Shown here in pieces: positions 1 to 9,271 of a DNA stretch of 35,583 nt. The notes beneath the pieces were generated by a model. The model saw only the letters and a program-made list of their open reading frames with translations, did no database searches and was not told the origin of the DNA. This DNA is from Candidatus Aenigmatarchaeota archaeon (GTDB lineage Archaea; Aenigmatarchaeota; Aenigmatarchaeia; QMZP01). The first letter of the stretch is position 1; every line of letters begins with the position of its first letter. The translations under genes and the position numbers were made by a program. The DNA lies in assembly GCA_017609145.1 (NCBI GenBank), contig JAFCEM010000002.1:1-35583 (forward strand), read 5' to 3'.

Positions 1-472
1 CGACGACCATTGGTATGCCGTTTCTCTCAGCAAACTCAAATGCTTTTTTGTTTGCCGAACTAAAAAGCGTCCTTGAGTTGTACACTTCAATTGCATCAAT
101 ATACTTCAATATTTTCTGCATGTTTTCACCAACACCGGACCTGAGAATATCAAATGGGTGGGGGACTATTATGAACCCTCCCTGTTTCCTGATTTCCCTG
201 CAGGTTTCCAGAAGCCCCATATGCTTGTCTATATCCTTTTTTATACCAAAACCAATTATCTCTCCATCCGTTGTTTTGATTTCTTCTCCGGGGATAACCA
301 GCAGGCCTGTTTCTTTTGCTTTTGATGCTGTTTCGAGTGCTCCCACAACCGTGTTGTGGTCAACAACTCCAACTACATCCAGACCCCGTGCCATTGCTGT
401 ACTTATCAATTCCTCAGGAGATGTGTCACTGTCACCCGAGTGGTACGTATGGACGTGCAAATCTGCTTTCAT
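1..472 (-). CDS. PHP-domain metal-dependent phosphoesterase (N-terminal part; the C-terminus runs off the window start)
   Basis: Absent from the ORF track because it has no stop in the window. The minus-strand ATG at 472-470 reads MKADLHVHTYHSGDSDTSPEELISTAMARGLDVVGVVDHNTVVGALE...GGFIIVPHPFD. This is the HxH / DH / H metal-ligand pattern of PHP domains. It starts 5 nt after the GT2 stop. Confidence 0.7.
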   Translation of the reverse strand, partial: MKADLHVHTYHSGDSDTSPEELISTAMARGLDVVGVVDHNTVVGALETASKAKETGLLVIPGEEIKTTDGEIIGFGIKKDIDKHMGLLETCREIRKQGGFIIVPHPFDILRSGVGENMQKILKYIDAIEVYNSRTLFSSANKKAFEFAERNGIPMVV

Positions 473-476
473 AATA

Positions 477-1598
477 TCACCAGTCACGAAACTTGAGTTC
501 CGGGTTTCCTATGAGCTTGTCGCGTATGCCGGATGCCACACCGAAAAGGTAGGCAAGTATTATCACTGGCATGAGGCACAACCCGGTCATGTGCATATGG
601 TATTTTTTCCTGCTTAACTTGCGTGGAGCAAACTTTATATTCACGAGAGTGATAGCCGGTATCAGAAAAAGTAGTGCGATACCTGTAAGGATGTTCGCTA
701 ATGGTGTAGTCAAAACAAAAATGAGTAGAAGTGCCAGCACAAGGAATCCGGGATAAAAGGAGAATGCCGCGTGTTTTGATGCAAGATATACCCTCTTGTG
801 TTTAAGTGCACAGAAAAGCGTGCCCTTGCCATATCTTTTCTTTGCCCTGAAAAATTCACCAAGTGTCTCGGGCTCTATCACCCTAGCGCATGCACGTGGC
901 TCATATTTTATCCTGTATCCGAGCCTGTACATCCTCGCGACAAAATCCCCATCCTCGAGGACTGTTGGTATAAATCCTCCTGTTCTTTCAAAGTCTGACT
1001 TTCTAATCAGCATGCATGAACCCCTTATAGAGAGTATGCTTCCCAGGTTCATCTGGCTCTTGAGCCATGTCTGGTGGGTGCGCTGCTCAAGATGCGATAT
1101 CTTTGCAACGGGCATGTGCTGGTTGCTGCCTATATACTCAGGCACCACCATACTCGTTTTCGGATCTTCTGATCTGTAGTGATAGAATGAAGAAACCAGT
1201 TTGCTTAGTGTATCTCTCTCAAGCATAGTGTCGGAATCAAGAAAAAGTAGGAATTCGCCATTTGCTTCTTTTGCTCCTTTATTAAGTGCATTTCCCTTAC
1301 CACCTCTCTGCATATTCTGAATGACCTTTGCGCCGTATCTTTTTGCTATTTCCGATGTTCTGTCGTCAGAGTCATTGATCACTATGATTTCTTTTTTGGG
1401 GTAATCGCTTTTGATGATCGAATCCAGTGTCTTGCCTATTGTTACCTCTGATTTATATGCCGGCACGACGACCGAAACCAGTGGTGTTTTTTTGGTTATT
1501 GGTATCTCCTTTCCATTGATGCTTTTCTCAAATCTCTGGGAGAGCACGTAAAAACTCAATGATATAAAAATTACTACAACAATGATTATGAGCAGCAT
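477..1598 (-). CDS. Membrane-bound family 2 glycosyltransferase
   Basis: N-terminal TM helix, then a GT-A core (VSVVVPAYKSE..., INDSDD, FLDSDT DxD motif), then C-terminal TM helices. Confidence 0.8.
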   Translation of the reverse strand: MLLIIIVVVIFISLSFYVLSQRFEKSINGKEIPITKKTPLVSVVVPAYKSEVTIGKTLDSIIKSDYPKKEIIVINDSDDRTSEIAKRYGAKVIQNMQRGGKGNALNKGAKEANGEFLLFLDSDTMLERDTLSKLVSSFYHYRSEDPKTSMVVPEYIGSNQHMPVAKISHLEQRTHQTWLKSQMNLGSILSIRGSCMLIRKSDFERTGGFIPTVLEDGDFVARMYRLGYRIKYEPRACARVIEPETLGEFFRAKKRYGKGTLFCALKHKRVYLASKHAAFSFYPGFLVLALLLIFVLTTPLANILTGIALLFLIPAITLVNIKFAPRKLSRKKYHMHMTGLCLMPVIILAYLFGVASGIRDKLIGNPELKFRDW

Positions 1599-1655
1599 AT
1601 AAATAGTTGCGGCATAGTCTTAAATAAATCGCAACCTGCTGGTTGGGTGTGTTTT

Positions 1656-2810
1656 ATGAAGATAGGTGTATTCACGGAGACCTTCCTTCCGAACATAGAC
1701 GGTGTTGTTGTTTCAGTCCTCAATATGAACAGATTTTTGATTAAGCAGGGACATGAGGTTTGTGTCTTTACGGTAGGTAAGGGCCCGCATGTTGTTGACG
1801 GTTATGATGTATTCAGGGCAAGGGGTCTTTCGGTTCTTTCGTACAAGTGTTACCAGCTTGGGGTGCCATCACTAAGGATTATTGAACATGTGGCAGGGAC
1901 CGGGATTGATGTCCTTCATACCAGGGGACCGTTCACAATGGGCCTGATGGCAAAGCACATATCACGTCTTATGAATCTCCCTCTCATCGGCACCTTCGAC
2001 ACCCCCATACAAGAATATGTACACTACCTTCCTGTTGCAGGGAGAATCGGTGCGACAAAGGAAGTGCTATCCAGACTCGCAGTTAAATATGCTGTGTGGT
2101 ACTACAATGGATGTGACATTGTAACTACACCATCAGAAACCGTGAAAAGGCAGCTCATTAAGATGGGTTGCAAAAAGAGAGTGGTGGCGCTTAGTAATGG
2201 TGTTGATATCAGAAGATATAATCCAGATAACTACTCAAATACTATAAGGAATGGATTTTGCAGACCGGATGAACACATGATACTTCATGTGGGCAGGATC
2301 ACAAAAGAGAAGCGTGTTGACATGCTTCTGGTAATGGCGAAACATCTAATGGAAAGGAAGGTTAAATTCAGGCTCATAATTGTCGGTAAGGGGCCAGCCC
2401 TAAAGGAACTTACTGAAGCTTCCAAGAATATGGGCCTTTCAGAGTACGTCACATTTACAGGATTCGTCGCTGACGAGGAACTGCCGAAATACTATGCAAC
2501 TGCCGATGTTTTTGTCACGGCATCGCCTGTGGAAACCCAGGGTATAGTATTGCTCGAAGCGCTGGCATCCGGCACGCCTATTGTTGGTGCACGTGCAGGC
2601 GCAATACCGGAGCTGGTAGAAAACAAAAAAAATGGTCTTCTTTTCAGGATGGGTGATGCCAAAGACGCAGGAGAAAAAATTGCATGGATATTCGAAGATG
2701 ATGGCCTCAGAAAAAGGCTCTCGGGAAATGCAAAAGAATCCGTTGCTGAACATTCACTTGAGAATGTCTGCAAAAAGCTTGAAAAGATTTACGAAGAAAT
2801 GATAAAGTGA
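1656..2810 (+). CDS. Family 4 (GT-B) glycosyltransferase
   Basis: MKIGVFTETFLPNIDGV N-terminus and the C-terminal E-x7-E-type motif region ETQGIVLLEALASGTPIVG...ELVENKKNGLLF. The track ORF starts at GTG 1647; the ATG at 1656 is preferred. Confidence 0.85.
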   Translation: MKIGVFTETFLPNIDGVVVSVLNMNRFLIKQGHEVCVFTVGKGPHVVDGYDVFRARGLSVLSYKCYQLGVPSLRIIEHVAGTGIDVLHTRGPFTMGLMAKHISRLMNLPLIGTFDTPIQEYVHYLPVAGRIGATKEVLSRLAVKYAVWYYNGCDIVTTPSETVKRQLIKMGCKKRVVALSNGVDIRRYNPDNYSNTIRNGFCRPDEHMILHVGRITKEKRVDMLLVMAKHLMERKVKFRLIIVGKGPALKELTEASKNMGLSEYVTFTGFVADEELPKYYATADVFVTASPVETQGIVLLEALASGTPIVGARAGAIPELVENKKNGLLFRMGDAKDAGEKIAWIFEDDGLRKRLSGNAKESVAEHSLENVCKKLEKIYEEMIK

Positions 2811-2814
2811 TTAC

Positions 2815-3570
2815 ATGTCAGATTCTTACTGGTCAGATATATGGAAAGGTGTGGAAAGGGTGAATTTTGACGTTAACAAACCCCCGTACACATGGAACAT
2901 GTATGAGCATCTTCTCAAAGACTACGATCTGAAGGGTAAAAAGGTTCTTGAGTTTGGATGCGGCACCGGCATAAATTCTACCATAATGGTAGCGAGGGGT
3001 GCAAGGATGGTCTTCTTTGACAGCTCCAAAAGCGCGCTGGAGCTTGTAAGGAAGAACCTTGAAAGGCTTTCCTTGGATGCGGAACTTGTCCATGGGGACG
3101 TATTCGATTCGGATTTTAATGGGGAATTCGACCTCGTCCATTCTGAGGGTCTAGTGGAGCACTTTTTAGAGCCCAGAAGGCAAGAGATAGTGGATATTCA
3201 CGCAAGGGCTGCGAAGAAGGGGGGTGAGGTTTTGATCATAGTTCCCCATAGGAAATGCGCACCATACAGGATTGGAAAGTACATTGCAACAAAAACGGGT
3301 ACGTGGCTGTATGGGAACGAGTATCCATATACAAAAAAGGAGTTGAAGGAGAGAATGAGGAGAGCCGGACTCAGGCCTGGGAACATAATAGGCGGGGAAA
3401 CCCTATTCTCGTTGTTTTTCATGTTCTCACCGATAGCTATGCTCTCGAGCAGGTTGGTGCGGCTCGGGCTCACACAACCAATGTCCAAGAATATAAGCAG
3501 GCTGAATTATAACAACTATGTAGCCAACAAATGGGGCAGGAACATCGGTTGTGTGGGCAGGAAGTTGTAA
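2815..3570 (+). CDS. Class I SAM-dependent methyltransferase
   Basis: SAM-binding motif I VLEFGCGTGINS, followed by an acidic residue and the post-I/II pattern (VFFDSS, HGDVFD). Confidence 0.8.
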   Translation: MSDSYWSDIWKGVERVNFDVNKPPYTWNMYEHLLKDYDLKGKKVLEFGCGTGINSTIMVARGARMVFFDSSKSALELVRKNLERLSLDAELVHGDVFDSDFNGEFDLVHSEGLVEHFLEPRRQEIVDIHARAAKKGGEVLIIVPHRKCAPYRIGKYIATKTGTWLYGNEYPYTKKELKERMRRAGLRPGNIIGGETLFSLFFMFSPIAMLSSRLVRLGLTQPMSKNISRLNYNNYVANKWGRNIGCVGRKL

Positions 3571-3598
3571 ATTTAAGAAATGAGCACAAATATTGACT

Positions 3599-5107
3599 AT
3601 GAGCGCTGACAGGATTCTTGACATTGCCAAGAGGAGGGGGTTCTTCTGGCAGAGCTCCCAGATATACGGGGGCATAGCGGGTTTCTACGACTATGCGCAT
3701 CTGGGCACGATGCTGAAAAGGAAATGGGAAAGTGTCTGGAGGGGGTTCTTCCTTTCACTGGATGACAACTTCTACGAGATATCACCCTCTGTGATAATGC
3801 CCAAGAATGTATTCGTTGCTTCCGGGCATCTTGAGTCGTTCGTCGATCCGATAGTAAAGTGTGTGAAATGTAAGAATGTGGAAAGGGCGGATCACCTGCT
3901 TGAGACTCAACTCAAACAGAATTTTGAGGGTATCTCGATAGAAGATATAGAAAAGCTAATCAAGAAGCACAACATAAGGTGCCCGAAGTGTAGGGGTGAG
4001 CTCAGGGAAATTGGAGAGTTGAATATGATGTTCCCTATTGAAGTGGGCACAAGCGATGCTGCCGAAGCCTATTTGACAGGCGAAACCGCACAGGGTGCCT
4101 ATGTAAACTTCAAACTTGAATTTGATTGCCTCAGAAAGAGGCTACCTATGGGGCTTGCTGTTGTTGGCAAGGCATTCAGGAATGAGATAGCACCGAGGAA
4201 TATGCTCATTAGGATGAGGGAGTTCTCGCAGGCAGAGCTCCAGATATTCTTCGACCCGAAGAAAATCAACCAGCACCCGGATTTCAGGAAGGTGTCAAAA
4301 TACAAGCTCAGGTTGTTCCCTGTGAAGAACAGAAAGAAGAATAAAATCAACGAAGTATCATGTAGTGATGTTGTGAAGAAGCTTAAGCTGCCCAAGTTCT
4401 ATGTTTACCATATGGCCAAGGTCCAGCAGTTCTACCTTGACCTATTGAAGCTGCCGCACAAAAAGTTCAGATTCAGGCAGCTCAGTGACGAGGAGAAGGC
4501 ATTCTATAATAAATATCACTGGGATGTTGAGCTTGATATTGAGAGCGTCGGTGGTTTTAAGGAGGTTGCTGGTGTGCACTACAGGACAGACCACGACCTG
4601 AAAGGCCATCAGGAGATTTCAAACCAGAACATGGAAGTCAGCGCTGATGGTAGGAAGTTCATACCACACGTGCTTGAGCTTAGTTTTGGTGTGGACAGGA
4701 ACGTCTATGCCCTGCTTGACCTGGCCTACGAGAAGGAGAAGGGTGTCAGGGACGTTCTCAGGTTCCCGCGGATGGTCTCCACCTTCGACGCTGCTGTTTT
4801 CCCGCTTGTGAACAAGGACGGGCTTCCGGAAAAGTCAAGGGAACTGCAGTGCCTTCTGGTGGATAACGGGCTTAAGGTTTTCTATGACGCCTCAGGCAGC
4901 ATAGGCAGAAGATACAGGCGTGTTGATGAGATAGGTGTTGCTGCATCATTCACATGCGACCATCAAACGCTTAAGGATAACACCATAACCCTGCGCGACC
5001 GCGACAGCATGAAGCAGGTAAGAATTAAGCTCTGGGACGCTCCGAACGTGCTAAAGAGGTTCCTCAGAGGTGAAGAGCTGCCGAAACTCGGCAAGCCCTT
5101 TAAATAA
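3599..5107 (+). CDS. glyS: Glycine--tRNA ligase (archaeal/eukaryal class II type)
   Basis: N-terminus RRGFFWQSSQIYGGIAGFYDYAHLGTMLKRKWESVW and class II motifs (FRNEIAPR, GVDR). The track ORF starts at TTG 3593; the ATG at 3599 is preferred. Confidence 0.9.
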   Translation: MSADRILDIAKRRGFFWQSSQIYGGIAGFYDYAHLGTMLKRKWESVWRGFFLSLDDNFYEISPSVIMPKNVFVASGHLESFVDPIVKCVKCKNVERADHLLETQLKQNFEGISIEDIEKLIKKHNIRCPKCRGELREIGELNMMFPIEVGTSDAAEAYLTGETAQGAYVNFKLEFDCLRKRLPMGLAVVGKAFRNEIAPRNMLIRMREFSQAELQIFFDPKKINQHPDFRKVSKYKLRLFPVKNRKKNKINEVSCSDVVKKLKLPKFYVYHMAKVQQFYLDLLKLPHKKFRFRQLSDEEKAFYNKYHWDVELDIESVGGFKEVAGVHYRTDHDLKGHQEISNQNMEVSADGRKFIPHVLELSFGVDRNVYALLDLAYEKEKGVRDVLRFPRMVSTFDAAVFPLVNKDGLPEKSRELQCLLVDNGLKVFYDASGSIGRRYRRVDEIGVAASFTCDHQTLKDNTITLRDRDSMKQVRIKLWDAPNVLKRFLRGEELPKLGKPFK

Positions 5108-6029
5108 CGAACTGCAGCGCCACAAAGATTATGTAAATTATTATAAGTATAATTGCTTCCATGGGTGTTTTTTTCCATTCGGTTCTCATGAATATAAGGA
5201 GCGCGCCCGTTATTATCAGCATTATTGGTATGTTTACCAGTATCATGGATGTTGTGACCGGTGCAACAACAACAAGCGATGATATCCCTAGTATCATGAG
5301 ATTGAAGATGTTGCTGCCTATTATGTTGCCAAGTGATATGCCTCTCATGCGCTTGCGTGCCGCAACAACTGATGTGGCAAGCTCCGGTAATGATGTGCCT
5401 ACTGCTATTATTATCAGTGATATGAAAAGCTCCGACACACCGAACCATTTCGCTATCTCCACTGTTGAGGTAACTATAATGTTGGCACCAATGATTACAC
5501 CAATACCTCCAATTAGGCAGAACAGTAGGTATTTTATTTCACACCATTTCCTTATTTGTTTTTTACCAGAAGCCCCTATTTCACTTTTCCTTGATCTGAC
5601 AAGCCACACCATATAGATTAACGCCAGTGCTATCAAAACCACACCCTCAAACCAGAACATGCCACCAAGAATGAGAAATGCGCCAAGAATGCTAAAACCA
5701 AACATGAAATATCCCTGCCTGAGGTACTCCCTCTTTGTAATGAATGGTGTAGTGAGGGCTGCCAAACCGAGCACCAAACCGATATTCGTTATGTTCGAGC
5801 CTATGATGGTGCCTGTTGAGATGCTTGCGACACCACTGAAAGCTGATGTTATACACACCGCCAGCTCAGGCAGTGAGGTTGCTATTGCAACAAGCGTTAT
5901 GCCTATCACAAGCTCTGACACACCCAGTGCCCGGGCAATCCGTGAGGCATAGTTCGTAATTATGTCTGCTCCCTTCAGCAGCAGGAAAAGCCCGAAGATG
6001 AAGAGCAGGATGTACAAAAACTGTATCAT
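5100..6029 (-). CDS. Na+/Ca2+ exchanger family (CaCA, YrbG/NCX_Mj-like) membrane protein
   Basis: Polytopic membrane protein with the two alpha-repeat signatures GTSLPELA (ATSLPELAV and GTSLPELATS). Confidence 0.85.
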   Translation of the reverse strand: MIQFLYILLFIFGLFLLLKGADIITNYASRIARALGVSELVIGITLVAIATSLPELAVCITSAFSGVASISTGTIIGSNITNIGLVLGLAALTTPFITKREYLRQGYFMFGFSILGAFLILGGMFWFEGVVLIALALIYMVWLVRSRKSEIGASGKKQIRKWCEIKYLLFCLIGGIGVIIGANIIVTSTVEIAKWFGVSELFISLIIIAVGTSLPELATSVVAARKRMRGISLGNIIGSNIFNLMILGISSLVVVAPVTTSMILVNIPIMLIITGALLIFMRTEWKKTPMEAIILIIIYIIFVALQFVI

Positions 6030-8755
6030 TTCTTCCCCCTGTGCTCAGAAAAGAGCATCTTTGCCTGGACAATGATAAATACCGAGATTGATATTGCTAT
6101 TACCCTGAGCCAGTCCCATATATCCAGAGCAGTTGTTCCGAATGCCGGTTGCAGTGCTGGAAGATATATCACCAGCAGCTGCAAGAGTATGGATGACATT
6201 ATAGCGAGTATGAGCTTCCTGTTTGAGAAGAACCCTGTACTGAAAATTGAATGCTTAGATGAGCGGCAGTTGAGCACATTGAATATCTGGAACATCACTA
6301 ATATTGTGAATGCCATTGTCCTCGCTTTCACAACACCGAATGGCAGCTCCGCTGCAAAGATATAGAGCGTCCCTATGCACATTATTATCCCTACACCGAA
6401 TATGAATATCAGGGTATTCCAATTGAGTATATTCTCCTTCGGGTCTCTGGGTGGTATCTTCATTATATCAGGCTGCGGCGGCTCTGTGCCCAGTGCCAAT
6501 GCAGGCAGACCATCAGTGACGAGGTTTATCCAGAGTATCTGCACTGCTATTATTGGGAGCACGAAAACTCCGGTCTGTGGGTCAATAAAGCTTATCAGCA
6601 TAGCAATGAAAACAACAAGAACTTCCCCGAGATTGCTCGAGAGCAGATATATTATGAAGTTTTTTATGTTATCATAAATGCTTCTCCCGTTCCTCACGGC
6701 GCTGACTATGCTGCTGAAATGGTCATCAACGAGTATCATGTCAGAGGCCTCCTTGGCGACATCAGTACCCGTTACTCCCATTGATATTCCTATGTCCGCC
6801 TTTTTGATTGCTGGTGCATCATTAATCCCGTCTCCTGTCATTGCTATGATATGTCCTTTCTTCTTGAATGCGTCCACTATCCTTACTTTGTGTTCGGGGT
6901 TGACCCTTGCATATACTGTAATCTCTTCCACCCTCTTCCTCAGTTCGGTTTCCGAGAGCGAATCCATCTCAGGACCAGTAATGACGTGCCCATCGTTCTT
7001 CATCATATCCAACTGTTTTGCTATTGCAACAGCAGTATTCCTGTGATCGCCGGTTATCATGACCACCTTAATCCCAGCCTGCTTGCATAGCGCTATGTCC
7101 TCTTTAACTCCCTCTCTAGGTGCATCAAACATGCCTGCAAGACCGAGGAATGTGAGTCCGCTCTCAATCTCCTTTTCTGTGCTGAAGCCGGTCCCTTCCT
7201 TATATGCGATGCCAAGTACGCGAAGCGCTTCCTTTGCCATCTCCTGGTTTATTTTTAATATCTTTCTCTTTTCTCTCTCAGTTAAGGGGAGCACCTTGTT
7301 TCCCGTGCAAATTTTTGTACAGCGCTTCAGTAATATCTCCGGAGCGCCCTTGGAGCAGACAAGTTGTTTTTTACCGATGGAATGGATAGTTGACATCATC
7401 TTTCTCTCAGACGTAAACGGAACCTCGTTCTTCTTGGGATATTTGTTGTTTATGTTCTCCTGTTTTATGCCTGCCTTGGCAGCTGCCACAAGAAAAGCAC
7501 CTTCTGTTGGGTCGCCTATAATATGCCATTTACCGTCCTTCTCAAGCGTTGTATTATTGCAGAGAACGCCTATCTTCAGAAGCTGCTTAAGTATGACGTT
7601 CTTCTCTGGCCTGATTGGACTCCCCTCATGGAAAAATTTGCCCTTTGTGTTGTAGCCGCTTCCTTTAATCCTTATTATCTTGTTGTCAAGCCAAATCTTG
7701 GATATGGTCATCTCATCCCTGGTCAGTGTTCCTGTCTTGTCAGCACATATCACGGTCGTACATCCTAATGTCTCGACTGCGGGAAGCATCCTTACGAGCG
7801 CGTTCTCTTTCGAGAGTTTCTGCAGGCCTATTGTTAATGTTATTGTCACGACAGCGGGCAGGCCCTCTGGTATTGCGGCTACCGCAAGGGCCACGCCTGT
7901 TATGAACATATCAATAATAGGATTGCCGCGGAGCACCCCCATTATTGATACGACAGCGCATATTACCAGAATCAGTATGCCGAGTTTTTTGCCAAAGGCG
8001 TCCAGTCTTCTTTGAAGTGGGGTATGTTTCTCCTCTGCTGATTCTATCATCTGTGCTATGTGTCCCATCTGGGTCTTCATGCCTGTTTCAGTGACAACAC
8101 CCACACCCCTCCCAAAGGTTACAATAGTACCCATGAATGCCATATTCTTCATTTCTGGTATGCTCTCTGTTCTTACAGTGTCGGTGTCTTTCAGGACAGG
8201 CATCGATTCTCCGGTCAGTGATGCCTCGTTTATCTTCAGGTTCATGGCCTCTATTATTCTCATATCAGCTGCAACCTTGTCGCCCTCCTTGAGGAAGACA
8301 ATATCACCCGGAACAAGGGTCTTGCTTGGTGTTTTGAGTTTCTTGCCGCCACGCATAACAACAACCTCCGGAGAGGCGAGTCTTTTCAGGGCTTCTATGG
8401 TTTTCTCTGCCTTGTATTCCTGCACGAACCCAAAAATAGCATTGAGTATCACTATTGTAGTAATAACAACCGTATCAATGAGATTGTCTATAAGCAGTGA
8501 TATAACTGCAGCTATGATAAGTATGATGATAAGAAAACTCTTGAACTGCCGCAGAAATATCATAAGAGGGCCTCGTTTTTTCTTCTTTGTAAGTTCATTG
8601 GGTCCGAATCTGGCAAGCCTTTTGCCGACCTCGGATGAGCTAAGACCTTTACTGATGTTAGAGCCCATTGCTTTCAGAACATCACTGCTCCGAAGCGACT
8701 GCCATTTTTCAGTCTTCTTCTTGGGTGTTGTAGGGATTGGCGACCTCCTGCTCAT
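6026..8755 (-). CDS. P-type (P2-like) cation-transporting ATPase, probably Ca2+
   Basis: DKTGTLT phosphorylation site, TGES, the PEGLP motif in TM4 and the MTGDGINDAPA hinge. 909 aa. Its stop overlaps the start of the CaCA gene (ATGA on the minus strand at 6026-6029). Confidence 0.9.
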   Translation of the reverse strand: MSRRSPIPTTPKKKTEKWQSLRSSDVLKAMGSNISKGLSSSEVGKRLARFGPNELTKKKKRGPLMIFLRQFKSFLIIILIIAAVISLLIDNLIDTVVITTIVILNAIFGFVQEYKAEKTIEALKRLASPEVVVMRGGKKLKTPSKTLVPGDIVFLKEGDKVAADMRIIEAMNLKINEASLTGESMPVLKDTDTVRTESIPEMKNMAFMGTIVTFGRGVGVVTETGMKTQMGHIAQMIESAEEKHTPLQRRLDAFGKKLGILILVICAVVSIMGVLRGNPIIDMFITGVALAVAAIPEGLPAVVTITLTIGLQKLSKENALVRMLPAVETLGCTTVICADKTGTLTRDEMTISKIWLDNKIIRIKGSGYNTKGKFFHEGSPIRPEKNVILKQLLKIGVLCNNTTLEKDGKWHIIGDPTEGAFLVAAAKAGIKQENINNKYPKKNEVPFTSERKMMSTIHSIGKKQLVCSKGAPEILLKRCTKICTGNKVLPLTEREKRKILKINQEMAKEALRVLGIAYKEGTGFSTEKEIESGLTFLGLAGMFDAPREGVKEDIALCKQAGIKVVMITGDHRNTAVAIAKQLDMMKNDGHVITGPEMDSLSETELRKRVEEITVYARVNPEHKVRIVDAFKKKGHIIAMTGDGINDAPAIKKADIGISMGVTGTDVAKEASDMILVDDHFSSIVSAVRNGRSIYDNIKNFIIYLLSSNLGEVLVVFIAMLISFIDPQTGVFVLPIIAVQILWINLVTDGLPALALGTEPPQPDIMKIPPRDPKENILNWNTLIFIFGVGIIMCIGTLYIFAAELPFGVVKARTMAFTILVMFQIFNVLNCRSSKHSIFSTGFFSNRKLILAIMSSILLQLLVIYLPALQPAFGTTALDIWDWLRVIAISISVFIIVQAKMLFSEHRGKK

Positions 8756-8801
8756 AAGAATATATTATCTGTTCTGTATTATTAATCCAAACAGGTAAAA
8801 A

Positions 8802-9149
8802 TCAACCTTTCTTTTCGGTCTTCAGTTTAATTATAGCCTGTGCAAGATCGCCTTCAGATTCCTCGAGTGCATTCCTGGCCTCATCTTCTGAGGCGCCCGT
8901 TCTGTCCATAACAACCCTGACATCATCTTCATTACTTTCGTTTTCCGGAGATTCTGGCTCTCTCTCAGAAACATCACCCACAATCTGAAAAGTGTCCTGC
9001 CCCCCCACATTCACTTTGGTGACTTGTGGGTTAGATATAACAATCTCTTTATCAGCACTTTTTATTATCACTTCTTCTGCATCTATCTGGTCCATCTTCA
9101 TACCCATTCTTCTCATTGCACGTTCCATTTGCCGTGGATTAATCTTCAT
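8802..9149 (-). CDS. nac: Nascent polypeptide-associated complex protein (archaeal NAC alpha)
   Basis: MKINPRQMERAMRRMGMKMDQIDAEEVII...VTKVNVGGQDTFQIVG NAC domain plus a C-terminal UBA-like helix bundle (EDEARNALEESEGDLAQAI). Confidence 0.85.
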   Translation of the reverse strand: MKINPRQMERAMRRMGMKMDQIDAEEVIIKSADKEIVISNPQVTKVNVGGQDTFQIVGDVSEREPESPENESNEDDVRVVMDRTGASEDEARNALEESEGDLAQAIIKLKTEKKG

Positions 9150-9271
9150 ACATATCTCCTATATTTTGATATGTAAGAATAAGCTATAAATAGGTTCTCA
9201 AATCGTTGTTTTTCAAAAAACATAATCCAGTTGGTTTTGTGTTTTTATTGCTTTGAATGCATCTTTAAATT

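Noticed and set aside
15-617. 200-aa plus-strand ORF at the window start
   Set aside because: It lies antisense to a clear PHP-domain gene (1-472, minus) and to the end of the GT2 gene. Its translation is low-complexity and Ser/Pro/Ile-rich with no motifs, so it is a shadow ORF.
6072-8798. Series of 60-250-aa plus-strand ORFs (for example 7059-7655 and 8058-8798)
   Set aside because: All lie antisense to the 909-aa P-type ATPase, whose motifs are unambiguous. Their translations are Ser/Leu/Ile-rich shadows.
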